Assembly: GCA_964596615.1 (NCBI GenBank)
Contig: CAZQUN010000004.1
Span: 432 to 64,431 of the forward strand
Length of the DNA stretch: 64,000 bases
Source of the DNA: an uncultured Candidatus Saccharibacteria bacterium
GTDB taxonomy: Bacteria > Patescibacteriota > Minisyncoccia > Portnoybacterales > UBA2143
Direction: 5' to 3'
The notes beneath the pieces were generated by a model that was not told the origin of the DNA, did not search any database, and saw nothing but the letters and a program-made list of their open reading frames with translations. Both the position numbers and the translations under genes were made by a program. Positions 47,379-58,021 of this stretch are shown here, piece by piece; the first letter of the stretch is position 1, and every line of letters begins with the position of its first letter.

Positions 47379-47761
47379 TAGTTTACCGGCCTATGTTTCT
47401 CAAATCCATTACAAGGAATATATCCTGAGTTTCTGGCTTCTTCTTCGGAATTAAACCAGATCTGATTCTCCCCTGCTATTTTCTTAGCCCAGGGGCAATC
47501 CGGCCAATGATATTTATTACTATTAGCACTTCCAATGAATCTCCCTTGCTCTGTTTCTTTTTCTTTTTTTTCTGTTGATAGGGATTGTTCAATAGAGGCA
47601 GAATAATTAGAAGGATTCTGGATAATAATCGGTTCCGGAGCGCCCTGAAGAGAAACCAAAAGACCAGCTCCGAAACTAATTAAAGCAATTAAAACAATTC
47701 CCAAGGTTAAAGTGATGTCGTTTTGATGATTCTTGACGAAATTTTTAAAATAGGATAACAT
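47375..47761 (-). CDS. Membrane-anchored protein with an Ada-like metal-binding motif
   Basis: A TM helix followed by a C-terminal YHWPDCPWAKKI ... FNSEEEARNSGYIPC, which resembles the Ada N-terminal Zn-binding fold. Confidence 0.35.
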   Translation of the reverse strand: MLSYFKNFVKNHQNDITLTLGIVLIALISFGAGLLVSLQGAPEPIIIQNPSNYSASIEQSLSTEKKEKETEQGRFIGSANSNKYHWPDCPWAKKIAGENQIWFNSEEEARNSGYIPCNGFEKHRPVNY

Positions 47762-47769
47762 AAATTATT

Positions 47770-48042
47770 ATGTCAAAGACAAAATCAGCCGGCTCTACTA
47801 GATTAGGCCGCGATTCTCAACCAAAATATTTAGGAATTAAATTATCTGGCGGACAAAAAGCCAAGCCGGGCAGTATTATTCTTCGTCAAAGAGGAAGTAA
47901 ATTTTTACCCGGTAGGAATGTCAGAAAAGGAAATGACGATACCCTTTATGCCATGGCCAAAGGAGTGGTTGAGTTTGTCAGTAAAAGAATTAAAAAGTTT
48001 GACGGCTCTCGCCGAATTGCCAAGATTGTTAACGTAAGATAA
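47770..48042 (+). CDS. rpmA: 50S ribosomal protein L27
   Basis: Starts SKTKSAGSTRLGRDSQPKYLGIK and has no N-terminal propeptide. Confidence 0.9.
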   Translation: MSKTKSAGSTRLGRDSQPKYLGIKLSGGQKAKPGSIILRQRGSKFLPGRNVRKGNDDTLYAMAKGVVEFVSKRIKKFDGSRRIAKIVNVR

Positions 48043-48103
48043 TTATACCTGGAATTGAATTAAAAATCACCCTGAGGGGTGTTTTTTGGTTTGATATTAA
48101 ATT

Positions 48104-48565
48104 CTATTCTTTTTCTTTCTTTTTCTCTTCAGAGGTAATAACTTTGATGCCAACTTCTAGGTTATGAGGAAGTTCAATCATGACTTCCCTCTCCCCTAAC
48201 TCTTTAATCGGCTCTTCTAATTTAATCTGATTTTTGTCAATTTCAAATCCCCTTTCTTTTAGTTTTTCAGCAATCAAAACAGGAGTGATTGCTCCAAATA
48301 ATTTATTATCCTCACTGATTTTTACCGATATCTCTAGTTCTAATCCATCCATTTGTTCGGCAATTCCTTGATAACGAATTAATTCTTCTTCAGCTTCCTG
48401 GGCTTCTAATTCTTTCTGTTCTTCAAGTTTCTCTATTTCTGATTCTGTCGCCAAAACAGCAAGATTCTTGGGAATTAAAAAGTTTCGGGCATAGCCTCTA
48501 TTTGCGTCTTTAAGGTCACCCTTTTTACCCAGTTTCTCTATATCCCGTAGTAATATTACTTTCAT
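48104..48565 (-). CDS. rplI: 50S ribosomal protein L9
   Basis: Starts MKVILLRDIEKLGKKGDLKDANRGYARNFLIPK. Confidence 0.85.
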   Translation of the reverse strand: MKVILLRDIEKLGKKGDLKDANRGYARNFLIPKNLAVLATESEIEKLEEQKELEAQEAEEELIRYQGIAEQMDGLELEISVKISEDNKLFGAITPVLIAEKLKERGFEIDKNQIKLEEPIKELGEREVMIELPHNLEVGIKVITSEEKKKEKE

Positions 48566-48574
48566 ATCTCTATT

Positions 48575-48850
48575 CTAATACTTTATTTCAAATTTATCAA
48601 ATTGACTGGTTGCTTCCTGCCAGTCAATATCTATTTTATCAACCCTGGCCAGCATTGGTCCATTCTTAGACCAATCAATTAATTCCTTTAATTTCTCCTC
48701 TTCTCCTTGAGCGAGAATCATAACAGTTCCGTCTTTTTCGTTTTTAACCCAACCAACCAGTCCCAGTTTAACAGCTTTTCGTCTGGTAGAATCCCGGTAC
48801 AAAACCATCTGAACCCGGCCATGAATTTTTAGAATAACCTGTTTTTTCAT
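48575..48850 (-). CDS. acyP: Acylphosphatase
   Basis: Carries the motifs IHGRVQMVLYR and GWVKNEKDGTV. Confidence 0.75.
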   Translation of the reverse strand: MKKQVILKIHGRVQMVLYRDSTRRKAVKLGLVGWVKNEKDGTVMILAQGEEEKLKELIDWSKNGPMLARVDKIDIDWQEATSQFDKFEIKY

Positions 48851-50079
48851 TCAAGTTCTTCTTTTAGGACTTCAAGGGCTTTTTCAAGTTGCCGGTCTCT
48901 TAATTCATCAAAATCTTCCTGAGTTATTTCAACTTCAATATCAGGGGTAATTCCTTCATCATTAATGCTTGTTCCCAAGGGAGTCAGCCACTTGGCAACA
49001 GTAATTTTAATACTTGAGCCACCCTTCATTTTTTCCAGTTGCTGGACTGAACCCTTGCCAAAGCTTTTTCGTCCGATAATTTGAATGCCTCTAATATCAC
49101 GGAGAGCGCCGGCAACAATTTCTGAAGCCGAGGCAGAACCTTCATTGACCAAAACCACAACCGGCAGGTCTTCTATTCCTTTGTATCCCCTGCTCTTGTG
49201 CTCGTTTTTATCTCCGTTACCAAAGTCTTCAATAATGACTATTTCACCCTTAGGCAAAAACCAACTGGCAATATCAACGGCAACTTCCAGAAATCCACCC
49301 GGGTTATTCCGAACATCAAGAACAATCCCCTTTGCTCCTGCTTTTCTAACCTGGTCAACCGTATTTCTAAACTGGCTAATTGAACTTTCAGTGAAATGAA
49401 ATAGTTCGATATAGGCAAGATTGTTTTCTTTCATTTCCCATTCAATAATCGGGATTTTAATTGTTGCCCGGGTAATAGTAATTTCTTTGGTCTCATCAAG
49501 TTCATCCCGGGAAATGAGCAAAACAACATTGGTCCCCGGTTCTCCCCTGATCGTATCAACGGCTTCATCCAAGGTTAAATCAGCAGTCAAAGTATCATCA
49601 ACCTTAAGAATTTTATCGCCTGCCCGGAGACCAGCTTCCTGGGCCGGATTGCCTTCCAGGGGTGAAATAACGGTCAGGATGCCTTTTCTAATGCCAACCT
49701 CAGCTCCAATTCCTCCAAAACTGCCTGATATGTCATCAAGAAATCTCTTGCTTTCCTGTGGCTCCAAGAAAACAGAATGAGGATCGTCCAATGATTCTAA
49801 GAGTCCGGAAACGGCGCCGTAGACCATTGCCTGACGGTCTAAGTCAGCCCGGTCAACATAGCTTTTTTCAATCAGATGCCAGGCATCCCAAAACAAGCTG
49901 AAATCAATTCCAATTTTCTGGTTAGATTCTTTGCCAGTTAATCCTTCAATTTTTTCAATTGAGGGCTGACTGCTTTGGCCAAAAAAGAACCCAAAGCCAA
50001 AAACTATTCCTAAAACAACAATCCAACTGATAGTAGAAACATATTTACGCATAACTTTTATCTTTACGCCACTTAGCAA
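48847..50079 (-). CDS. ctp: Carboxyl-terminal processing protease (S41, Ctp) with a PDZ domain
   Basis: Has an N-terminal TM, a PDZ domain, and the S41 catalytic region (GSASASEI ... K). Confidence 0.8.
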   Translation of the reverse strand: MLSGVKIKVMRKYVSTISWIVVLGIVFGFGFFFGQSSQPSIEKIEGLTGKESNQKIGIDFSLFWDAWHLIEKSYVDRADLDRQAMVYGAVSGLLESLDDPHSVFLEPQESKRFLDDISGSFGGIGAEVGIRKGILTVISPLEGNPAQEAGLRAGDKILKVDDTLTADLTLDEAVDTIRGEPGTNVVLLISRDELDETKEITITRATIKIPIIEWEMKENNLAYIELFHFTESSISQFRNTVDQVRKAGAKGIVLDVRNNPGGFLEVAVDIASWFLPKGEIVIIEDFGNGDKNEHKSRGYKGIEDLPVVVLVNEGSASASEIVAGALRDIRGIQIIGRKSFGKGSVQQLEKMKGGSSIKITVAKWLTPLGTSINDEGITPDIEVEITQEDFDELRDRQLEKALEVLKEELE

Positions 50080-50845
50080 AATATTTAAAAGCGCTGATTA
50101 AATGTATCCAAGTATATTTATTAAGCAAAGCATCCAGGACTCCACCCCATTTTTTAGATGCCCGGCCGTAATAGTGAAAGACCTGGGCCGAAGGCAGATA
50201 AACAACCCGATAACCCTCTTGCCAGAATCGCCGGCACCAGTCAGTATCTTCCAGATAAAGAAAAAATCTTTCATCCCATAAACCAACTTTATCAGCGGTA
50301 TCTTTCCTGGTCAGCATGGCTGAACCCTGAAGCCAATCAACCTGTCGGGGGGAAGAAAAATCTTCACCTTTCATCAGGAATTTATTCATCTTTTCTTTTC
50401 CCCACCTCATCTTTCCCAGAAATGTTCTTCGGGCGATAATTCCGCCAATGGTTGGAAATCGAAAACACGAACTCTGCGGTAAATGGTTAAAGGTTAATAA
50501 TCGCGGTCCAACAATTCCAACCTGGTTGTTTTCTTCAAGGTATTCTATTAAACAAGGAATGGAATTCCGGCTGACAAGAATATCAGCATTGAGGAAAAGA
50601 ATGTATTCTCCTTCGGATTTTCTTAATCCGCTATTAACCAGTTTAGCATAACCAACATTTTTTTCAAAAGAGATGAATTGGACCTGAGGGAAATCTTCTT
50701 TGATTAATTCCTGGGTTTCTTTTTCAGCTTCGCTGTCAACAATAAGTATCTCGTGCCCAATCTGACCAATATTTTCTTTAATTGATTGCAGGCAGAGTTT
50801 TAAGAGAATCGGAGTTCGATGATGAGTAATGATAATGGAGAGCAT
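50045..50845 (-). CDS. Glycosyltransferase family 2
   Basis: The N-terminal LSIIITHHRT ... DSEAE ... is a GT-A DxD-type fold. Confidence 0.75.
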   Translation of the reverse strand: MLSIIITHHRTPILLKLCLQSIKENIGQIGHEILIVDSEAEKETQELIKEDFPQVQFISFEKNVGYAKLVNSGLRKSEGEYILFLNADILVSRNSIPCLIEYLEENNQVGIVGPRLLTFNHLPQSSCFRFPTIGGIIARRTFLGKMRWGKEKMNKFLMKGEDFSSPRQVDWLQGSAMLTRKDTADKVGLWDERFFLYLEDTDWCRRFWQEGYRVVYLPSAQVFHYYGRASKKWGGVLDALLNKYTWIHLISAFKYFAKWRKDKSYA

Positions 50846-51850
50846 TTAATTAAAGATATTTTGACAAGCCTCCTGGATTTTTTCAAAATTATCCCCGACC
50901 GGCAAAAGAACGTATTCTTCGTTAATAAAGGTCTGGTAAAGCAGACCTTGTTCCGAAGTGTCAAAAACCCTCTTTTTAATATTTCTGGTATCTATCTCAG
51001 AAGATAAATTAATCAAATTACCAATCTCGCCTAAACTCATATCGGTTCTAATGTTCTTGCCAATAATATCAAGGAGATTATAGACCTTAACTGGATTAGC
51101 TAAAATTTTCAGAGAAAGAGCTTTGTCTTTGGCTGCCATTAAGACCTGCTGTTGGCGCCTCATCCGGTCAAAGTCATTGGTTGAATAGCGGGAACGGACA
51201 TAGTAAAGAGCGGTTTTACCGTCAAGATGATTCTCGCCTTGAGGGACATGGAAAACCCATCTTTCTTCTCCGTCAAAATCTTTAACAAACCAGTTTTCGT
51301 TTTCTTCCCAACCTTCATCCGCCCACTGGAAACTTTCTTCAAAAGGACTCTCAAGGTAAATATCAATTCCTCCTAAAGCATCAATAACCTCTTCCAGGGC
51401 TTTGAAGTTAGCGCCGAGAGCATAATCGATGTAGAGACCAGTAATGTACGAAATGGTTTTCTTGGCGCAGCCCAATCCCCCCTGAGCATAGGCAAAATTA
51501 ATTTTCTTCTCTTTCTCATCGCACCAAATTATGGAATATATGTCTCTGGGTAGAGAAATTAACGCCACCTGACCAGTGCTTTTTTTAATGCTGATTAGAA
51601 TAATGGCATCGGATAAAAGCTTTCCATCTCCTGGTTCATCTATCCCTCTTGTCCCTAAAAGAAGAAGATTAATTCTATCAGGATCATCTTCGGGCAGCTC
51701 CGGTAAATCTTTAGCAAAAGGCAGGATTTGAACGCCATTTTCCCATCTGATTACCTGACTGACTGTAAAACCGGTCTTAAAAAACAAAATTGAAAAACCG
51801 CCTAGCAAGAGGATAAGAATGAAAAGCCAGAATGTTTTCTTTTTTGTCAT
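50846..51850 (-). CDS. LytR-CpsA-Psr (LCP) family glycopolymer phosphotransferase
   Basis: Has a TM anchor and the LCP core LSDAIILISI ... LISLPRDIY ... INFAYAQGG. Confidence 0.7.
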   Translation of the reverse strand: MTKKKTFWLFILILLLGGFSILFFKTGFTVSQVIRWENGVQILPFAKDLPELPEDDPDRINLLLLGTRGIDEPGDGKLLSDAIILISIKKSTGQVALISLPRDIYSIIWCDEKEKKINFAYAQGGLGCAKKTISYITGLYIDYALGANFKALEEVIDALGGIDIYLESPFEESFQWADEGWEENENWFVKDFDGEERWVFHVPQGENHLDGKTALYYVRSRYSTNDFDRMRRQQQVLMAAKDKALSLKILANPVKVYNLLDIIGKNIRTDMSLGEIGNLINLSSEIDTRNIKKRVFDTSEQGLLYQTFINEEYVLLPVGDNFEKIQEACQNIFN

Positions 51851-52890
51851 CTAAACCATTTCCTCATTTCCTGCGAGGAAACCTTTCTATTCTCCATAAT
51901 CACTTTTCTTTTTTTATAGGCCAGGGGCATTTGTTTAAATAAATCTTTGATTGCTTTCCAGGTGTATCTTTCAAAGAGCAGAACATATCCCCAGGAACCA
52001 ATTTCTTTAGGCAGAAACCAGGGCAAATGACTGATTAAAATTCCAGGTTGTTCGTTTTTAATCTGCATCAACCTCCCGTTTTTAAAAGCAAGATATTTTC
52101 CGAATTTAGACACCTTTAATCTTTCCCTGATAACGGCAAAATAGTTTCTGGTCGCATTATCCCCTGCTGTTCTATCGTGCCAGGCAATAGATTTAGGCTG
52201 GTAAATTGATTTCCAGCCATAAAGCCGCATCCGCCAGGCTAAATCAACATCCTCTTTGTAAGCAAAGAAATCCTCATCAAAATATTCGCCTTTAAGAGCA
52301 GTTTTTTCCAAAGCTTCTCGCCTGTAAACCGGGGCTGCTCCGTCAGCTCCAAAAATCTCTTCAATTTTTTCAAATTTTCCTTGATCTAACTGGCCTTGTT
52401 CCCGGTTAATAATCCTTCGGTTTTTCAAACAAACCAGGCCGGTTGTATCAATAACATGGGAAACATGGTATCCCCTTGAATCATGTGAAGCCGGCATGCC
52501 TAATTGCCAGCGAAGTAATTTTCCCTGAACGCTCCCTATTTCCCCATCTTTTTCAAATACCTCAACTGCTTTTTGAATGAAATTAGGATCTAAAACAATA
52601 TCCTGATTAAGACAAAGAACATATTTCCCCTGGCTTTGTTTAATAACGCAGTTGTGCCCGGCTGAAAAACCAATATTTTTGGGACAAACAGAAATTATTC
52701 TAAAATCTTTTCTTTTCTTTTCAACTTCTTTTAAATGTTCAACGGTCCTGTCTTCTGATCCATTATCAAGCGCCAAAATCTCCAGACACGGATAGGTCTG
52801 GTTAAGAACGGATTTAAGGCAATCCTTAATATATTTCTCCCCGTTCCAGGTTAAAAGACTAATTGAGACGAGAGGTTGATTCTTGGGCAT
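51847..52890 (-). CDS. Glycosyltransferase family 2
   Basis: Starts VSISLLTWNGEKYIKDCLKSVLNQTY, followed by DNGSED (GT2). Confidence 0.75.
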   Translation of the reverse strand: MPKNQPLVSISLLTWNGEKYIKDCLKSVLNQTYPCLEILALDNGSEDRTVEHLKEVEKKRKDFRIISVCPKNIGFSAGHNCVIKQSQGKYVLCLNQDIVLDPNFIQKAVEVFEKDGEIGSVQGKLLRWQLGMPASHDSRGYHVSHVIDTTGLVCLKNRRIINREQGQLDQGKFEKIEEIFGADGAAPVYRREALEKTALKGEYFDEDFFAYKEDVDLAWRMRLYGWKSIYQPKSIAWHDRTAGDNATRNYFAVIRERLKVSKFGKYLAFKNGRLMQIKNEQPGILISHLPWFLPKEIGSWGYVLLFERYTWKAIKDLFKQMPLAYKKRKVIMENRKVSSQEMRKWFR

Positions 52891-54424
52891 ATTTAACTGA
52901 ATAGAGCAGGGCCAAATTAACTATGAAAAACAAAAGAACCTTGTCATTAAGAAGGACTATATCAAATAGACTATAACTTAAAATCCAAATCAAAGCAAGG
53001 AGGAAAAATCCGGCCCAGACAACCCAAAAACGCTCTTTGCTCCTGGTAAATATTTGCCAGACATCTTTAACAACGTAGGCGAAAATAGACAAAAGAACTA
53101 TACAAGCAATTAATCCCATTTCGCTGGCAACATCTAAATACAAGCTATGAGACGAGGAACCCCTTTTAGCAGCTGATAATTCCTCATCCAAAACTATCGG
53201 GTAATTGCCAATTCCAACTCCCAAAAGCGGCCTTTCAGAAATTGATTTGAATGTCTTTTCCCAGATTTCTAAACGGCTTTTGATTGAGATTTCATCAAAG
53301 TCAAAAATACTTCTCGCTCTTTCAAAAAGAGAAATATCATCCATATCCAAAGGTCTTTCAAGTTGAACCTGCTGGTAAAACAAAAGAATTCTTGAAGAAG
53401 TCGGAAAAAGAAGAAAAAAGATAATCAAAACACCTAGAATTAATATCATTTGCCTTTTCCATCTTTTCTTAGATTGAGGAATAAAGAAATTGGTTAAAGA
53501 CCTGGTTGTCGGTGACCAGTAAAGGAAAAAAATGAACAGAAAGATTACTAATGAAATTAGTCCAGCTACCCAGGCTCCTCTTGAGCCGGAGAAAATAATG
53601 GCCAGAAGACATAAAATCAGGAGAAAATAATAAAGAACCCTCTTCTTTTTTGAACCTAAGAATATTGCTGTTAAAAAGAAAGGTAAGGATAAGATACAGA
53701 AAAAAGCAAAAGAATGAGAATCAGGAAAGACAGAAAACATTCTTAAAGTTGCCGGCAGAGAAGCGTAATATGAAAACCAGGTATTGCTGTAAGACAAAAG
53801 GTGTCCTAAATTATGTCCGTAAAAAGCAGGAATAACATTTTTAGCCCAGAACTGCCAAAAAGGAAAAAGCCGGACAAAAAGAACAGAAATATATTGGATA
53901 AAACCAACTGCCAGAGTAATTCCAATTGCAACCTTAAGAGCGCTCATTATCTGAAAAAGAATTTCTTTGTTTCTTGCCGCCAGGTTTCTAATAATGATAA
54001 ATAAAAGAAAAGCATTAATTAAGAAAAGAATCTTCTTTATTCCAATCCAAAGATCAGCGGCATTGAAAAGAGAGAAAACACCTAAAAGTAGAAATACTCC
54101 AAACAGATATTCAACCGGATAAGGGCGGCGTTTAGAAATCCCGGATTTGAAGAAAATAACTAAAAACAGAATTGACAAAAGAATCCTCCAGTTAGCCATT
54201 GAATCAAATCCTTCCGTAATTGACAAAGCCACGAATAAGGGAATTGAAGCAATAAAAATCCATAAAGAATCCTCTATCGGAGAAAAAAGGAAAACAAAGA
54301 TTAATAAACCAGTTAAAAACAAACCGGTATCAGGAGGAAAAATTCCAATGCTCATTAAAAAAACAACCGCTATCTCGGTTATTAAAACAACAAGCCTAAG
54401 TGAATTAGTTTTAATTAATCCCAT
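52859..54424 (-). CDS. O-antigen ligase / Wzy-like polymerase family membrane protein
   Basis: Polytopic membrane protein with the Wzy_C-type motif SGSRGAW and a large periplasmic loop. Confidence 0.6.
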   Translation of the reverse strand: MGLIKTNSLRLVVLITEIAVVFLMSIGIFPPDTGLFLTGLLIFVFLFSPIEDSLWIFIASIPLFVALSITEGFDSMANWRILLSILFLVIFFKSGISKRRPYPVEYLFGVFLLLGVFSLFNAADLWIGIKKILFLINAFLLFIIIRNLAARNKEILFQIMSALKVAIGITLAVGFIQYISVLFVRLFPFWQFWAKNVIPAFYGHNLGHLLSYSNTWFSYYASLPATLRMFSVFPDSHSFAFFCILSLPFFLTAIFLGSKKKRVLYYFLLILCLLAIIFSGSRGAWVAGLISLVIFLFIFFLYWSPTTRSLTNFFIPQSKKRWKRQMILILGVLIIFFLLFPTSSRILLFYQQVQLERPLDMDDISLFERARSIFDFDEISIKSRLEIWEKTFKSISERPLLGVGIGNYPIVLDEELSAAKRGSSSHSLYLDVASEMGLIACIVLLSIFAYVVKDVWQIFTRSKERFWVVWAGFFLLALIWILSYSLFDIVLLNDKVLLFFIVNLALLYSVKYAQESTSRLN

Positions 54425-54435
54425 AAAACAGGTAT

Positions 54436-55638
54436 TTAATATCCTTTTAATTTCTTTGAACTATCATGCTGGCGCATTCTTTCCAAGGCCTTGGCTTCAA
54501 TCTGACGAATTCTTTCCCTGGTGACGCCAAATTCCCTACCAACCTCTTCCAGGGTATGGGTAATACCGTCTTTAAGACCAAAGCGCATTTCCAGAATCTT
54601 CTGTTCCCGGGGCGATAAATCAGAGAGAATTTCTTTTAATCGATTACGGAGCAGTTTTCTTGAAGCAACCTGAGTTGGAGTAATAGCTTTTTTGTCTTCA
54701 ATAAATTCTCCTAATAAACTTTCTTCGCTGTCATCGCCAACCGGAGTTTCCAAAGATATTGTTTCTTGCGATATTTTAATAATTTGTCTGATTTTCTCAA
54801 TTGGTTCATCCATTTCAGCGGCAATTTCTTCTGGTAAAGGATCCCGGCCAAGACTCTGAACCAACATTCTTTTAACCTGGGTATATTTACTAATAGTTTC
54901 AACCATATGGACAGGAATTCGAATTGTTCTTGATTGGTCTGCTAAAGCCCGGGTAATCGCCTGACGAATCCACCAAGTTGCGTAAGTAGAAAACTTGTAT
55001 CCCCTTTTGTAATCAAATTTTTCAACTGCCTTAAAAAGACCAATATTACCTTCCTGGATTAAATCAAGCAGACTAAGATTTCGGCTCCGGCCAACATATC
55101 TTTTAGCAATACTGACAACTAACCTTAAATTAGCCTGGGTCAGCTTTTGTCTTGATTCCTCATCGCCCTGTTCAATTCCTTTGGCTAATTTAACTTCTTC
55201 CGGGGCGGTTAAAAGAGAAATTCTTCCGATTTCCCTTAAATACATCTGGACATTGTCAAAGGCCTCTAATCGAACTGGCACCTTTTTGTCTTTTTTTTCT
55301 TTTTTCTCTTCGGTTGGTTTTTCTAAAAACTCAATTGATTCAACAACCTTAATATTATTTTCTTTCAACATATCATAAGTTCTTTCCAGGCCAGAAATAT
55401 CTTCTTCTATTCTCGGAGCTAAATTAAGTAGTTCCGATTCTGTGACGAATCCCCTTTCTCTTCCTCGGGTAATTAACTCCTGGATTTTCTCATCAGTAAT
55501 GAGTTCTTTTTTTCGTCTGACAGGTTTTTTCTTAACAACTTTTCTTTTAGGGGTTGCTTTCCTGGCTGGTTTTTTCCGGGGAATTGTTTTTCTCGGAGCC
55601 CTCTTTTTAGTTGTTTTTTTAGCTGGTTTTCTTAGCAT
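54436..55638 (-). CDS. rpoD: RNA polymerase sigma factor RpoD (sigma-70)
   Basis: Has regions 2-4: [13 protein letters not shown], the region 2.4/3 conservation, and a C-terminal [26 protein letters not shown]. Confidence 0.9.
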   Translation of the reverse strand: MLRKPAKKTTKKRAPRKTIPRKKPARKATPKRKVVKKKPVRRKKELITDEKIQELITRGRERGFVTESELLNLAPRIEEDISGLERTYDMLKENNIKVVESIEFLEKPTEEKKEKKDKKVPVRLEAFDNVQMYLREIGRISLLTAPEEVKLAKGIEQGDEESRQKLTQANLRLVVSIAKRYVGRSRNLSLLDLIQEGNIGLFKAVEKFDYKRGYKFSTYATWWIRQAITRALADQSRTIRIPVHMVETISKYTQVKRMLVQSLGRDPLPEEIAAEMDEPIEKIRQIIKISQETISLETPVGDDSEESLLGEFIEDKKAITPTQVASRKLLRNRLKEILSDLSPREQKILEMRFGLKDGITHTLEEVGREFGVTRERIRQIEAKALERMRQHDSSKKLKGY

Positions 55639-55639
55639 A

Positions 55640-57394
55640 TTAAGGCGCTTGTTTAGTTAATTTATTAAACTCCTGAGTTAATTTTTCCAAAGTTGCTTTA
55701 TCTTTTTTTTCTTCTGCTTTTCTAATAGCCAGATTTAATTGATTGAATTTGTCCTTTAAATACCTTTTTTTTAATTGATTAAAACAAAAAACAATTTCTT
55801 TTTTAGGTTCAAGGTCTTCAATTATGCTTTTTTGGGCTTCGGCTTTAAAAATTAGATGGTCAATTTGATTAGCCAGTTCAATTGGTAAATCTTTTCTAAG
55901 TTTATCCAGATTAATCTTTTTCTTCTTCCTTATTCTTTTAAATATCTGGCTTAACTGGGAATCATTGAATAAATGACTTGGTTCGGCCTGGCATTCTTTT
56001 GGGTTTTCAGAGCAGGACAACATTAAACCAAGAGCATATTCTTCTAAATTAATTTTTTGTTCACGTTCATTATCAGAAACTTCTTTAACCGCTTCCTGTC
56101 TAATCTCCGAATCGTACCTTATTTTCCCCATTTCTTCAACTAAATCGCCTTCTTTAACGCCCAATCTTATAGAGGCCTGATCAAGCCAATGGGATTGCTC
56201 AATTCTATTAGGAATCTTTTTGATTATCGGCAGGACAATCCGGCTGATTTCTTTTTTCCCTTCGGCTGTTTCCGGACTATTCTTGGCCAGAGCAGTGGTT
56301 AAATAGAAATCAACTATGTTTTTTGAGTTTTTAACCGCCTTTTGCCAAAGAGAAGTGTCTTTTTTAAGACAATCAGCCGGGTCAGAATTTTGAGGCAAAT
56401 CAATAACTTTGGCGTTAAAGCCAAGTTCAATTGCCAGGTTAATCCCTCTTTTAGTTGCTTCCTCTCCGGCAATATCCATATCAAAAGCAGTTGCCAGATT
56501 ATCGCTGTATCTTTTCAAGGTTCTTAACTGAAATTCAGTTAAAGCTGTTCCAGAACTGGCAACAACATTCTTAAATCCATTCTGGTGAGCCATTAAAACA
56601 TCAGTTTGTCCTTCAACCAGAACAGAAAGATTTTCCTTTCTAATATCCAGTTTAGCTTTGTTTAATCCGTAAATAATCCGGCTTTTATCATAAATCAAGG
56701 TATTAGGCGTGTTAATGTATTTCCCCATTCTTTCATCTGGTTTATTCGGATTCTCCCGACCGGTAAATCCAACAACAACTCCGTTAATATCAGAAATGGG
56801 GAAAACGATTCTGTCCCGGAAACGGTCGTAATATTTCCCCTTTTCGTTTTTAATAATCAACCCGGTTTTAATAATTTCATCATTGGGATATCCCCGACCA
56901 TTTAGAAATTCCAGTAAACTCCGCCATTGAGACGGCGCATAACCAACCTGCCATTCTTTAATTATTTCCGGCTTTAATCCGCGGGAGATCAGATATTCTT
57001 TCATTTTCTTTCCAGTCTGACTGGCTTCCAGCTGCCGGATAAAAAAACGATTAGCTAAATCACAAATTTCATAGGAACGGGTTCTTCTAGTTTGTAATTC
57101 CGGGTCAACTCGCTTTAATTCCACTCCTGCTCGTGAGGCCAGTATTTTCAAAGCATCGCCAAACTCAACTCCTTCAATTTCCATAATAAAGTCAAAGATG
57201 CTTCCCCCTTTTCCGCAACCAAAACAATGCCAAATCTGGCGCTCAGGAGAGACCATAAAAGAAGGGGTTTTTTCGGAATGAAAAGGACAAGGAGCTTTGT
57301 GATTTCTCCCGGCTTTTTGTAATCGAATATATCCATTGATTACATCAATGATATCCAGTTTATTCTTAATTTCATCTATTTGTGAACCAGCCAT
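55640..57394 (-). CDS. dnaG: DNA primase DnaG
   Basis: Has the zinc ribbon [11 protein letters not shown] ... HCFGCG and a Toprim domain (EGQTDVL). Sits immediately upstream of rpoD. Confidence 0.9.
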   Translation of the reverse strand: MAGSQIDEIKNKLDIIDVINGYIRLQKAGRNHKAPCPFHSEKTPSFMVSPERQIWHCFGCGKGGSIFDFIMEIEGVEFGDALKILASRAGVELKRVDPELQTRRTRSYEICDLANRFFIRQLEASQTGKKMKEYLISRGLKPEIIKEWQVGYAPSQWRSLLEFLNGRGYPNDEIIKTGLIIKNEKGKYYDRFRDRIVFPISDINGVVVGFTGRENPNKPDERMGKYINTPNTLIYDKSRIIYGLNKAKLDIRKENLSVLVEGQTDVLMAHQNGFKNVVASSGTALTEFQLRTLKRYSDNLATAFDMDIAGEEATKRGINLAIELGFNAKVIDLPQNSDPADCLKKDTSLWQKAVKNSKNIVDFYLTTALAKNSPETAEGKKEISRIVLPIIKKIPNRIEQSHWLDQASIRLGVKEGDLVEEMGKIRYDSEIRQEAVKEVSDNEREQKINLEEYALGLMLSCSENPKECQAEPSHLFNDSQLSQIFKRIRKKKKINLDKLRKDLPIELANQIDHLIFKAEAQKSIIEDLEPKKEIVFCFNQLKKRYLKDKFNQLNLAIRKAEEKKDKATLEKLTQEFNKLTKQAP

Positions 57395-57412
57395 AGTATT
57401 GATAAATTATAC

Positions 57413-57802
57413 TCACTGACAGTCCTTTGGGCAATTGCATTTGTTTTCCCATTCTTCACAATCTCCATTTCCACAATCAGAACAAATTACAGGAACTCCG
57501 GGCATAACTATACAATTCTCATCGTATGATTTTGGATATTGCCCTCCAGCAATTTTAATCAATCCTTGACAACACTCAGATGTCATCTGCTCGTTGTATT
57601 CTGGGGAAATAGCCTCAACATCAGAGAGACCTTCTTTTATACATCTTATGGGTGGCTTCTCAACCCAGTCAGGAGAAGTCGGCTTTTCTAAGTACCAATA
57701 AGCCCCTCCAGCAAGGATTATTAAAAGAATGATTGAAATAATAATTTTTTTGTTCATATTAATCTCACATATTCCCACACTTTTGTTCTTCTTAAGGAAC
57801 AA
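57413..57802 (-). CDS. Small signal-anchored Cys-rich protein sharing the C-terminal CxDCGxGxC ... NCPxDC module
   Basis: 129 aa with an N-terminal TM helix. The C-terminus is CSDCGNGDCEEWENKCNCPKDCQ. Confidence 0.45.
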   Translation of the reverse strand: MFLKKNKSVGICEINMNKKIIISIILLIILAGGAYWYLEKPTSPDWVEKPPIRCIKEGLSDVEAISPEYNEQMTSECCQGLIKIAGGQYPKSYDENCIVMPGVPVICSDCGNGDCEEWENKCNCPKDCQ

Positions 57803-57814
57803 AATGATTGCAAT

Positions 57815-58006
57815 TTATTTTATTCTACGATAAGCATCAATGATTAGAATAATTGCAGACAATAGAAACCCAAATCCCACACCGGGTATAAATCTTCCTA
57901 CGCCAGGTGTTAATAAACAAATTATTAAACTAACTGCTCCTGGAATAGCAAAGACTAGAGCAGTTGAAAGTCTATTTTTAACTATCTTTTTTGTTGTTTG
58001 ATCCAT
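57815..58006 (-). CDS. Hypothetical small membrane protein
   Basis: 63 aa with 2 TM helices. Confidence 0.25.
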   Translation of the reverse strand: MDQTTKKIVKNRLSTALVFAIPGAVSLIICLLTPGVGRFIPGVGFGFLLSAIILIIDAYRRIK

Positions 58007-58021
58007 ATTATTTTTTACTTT

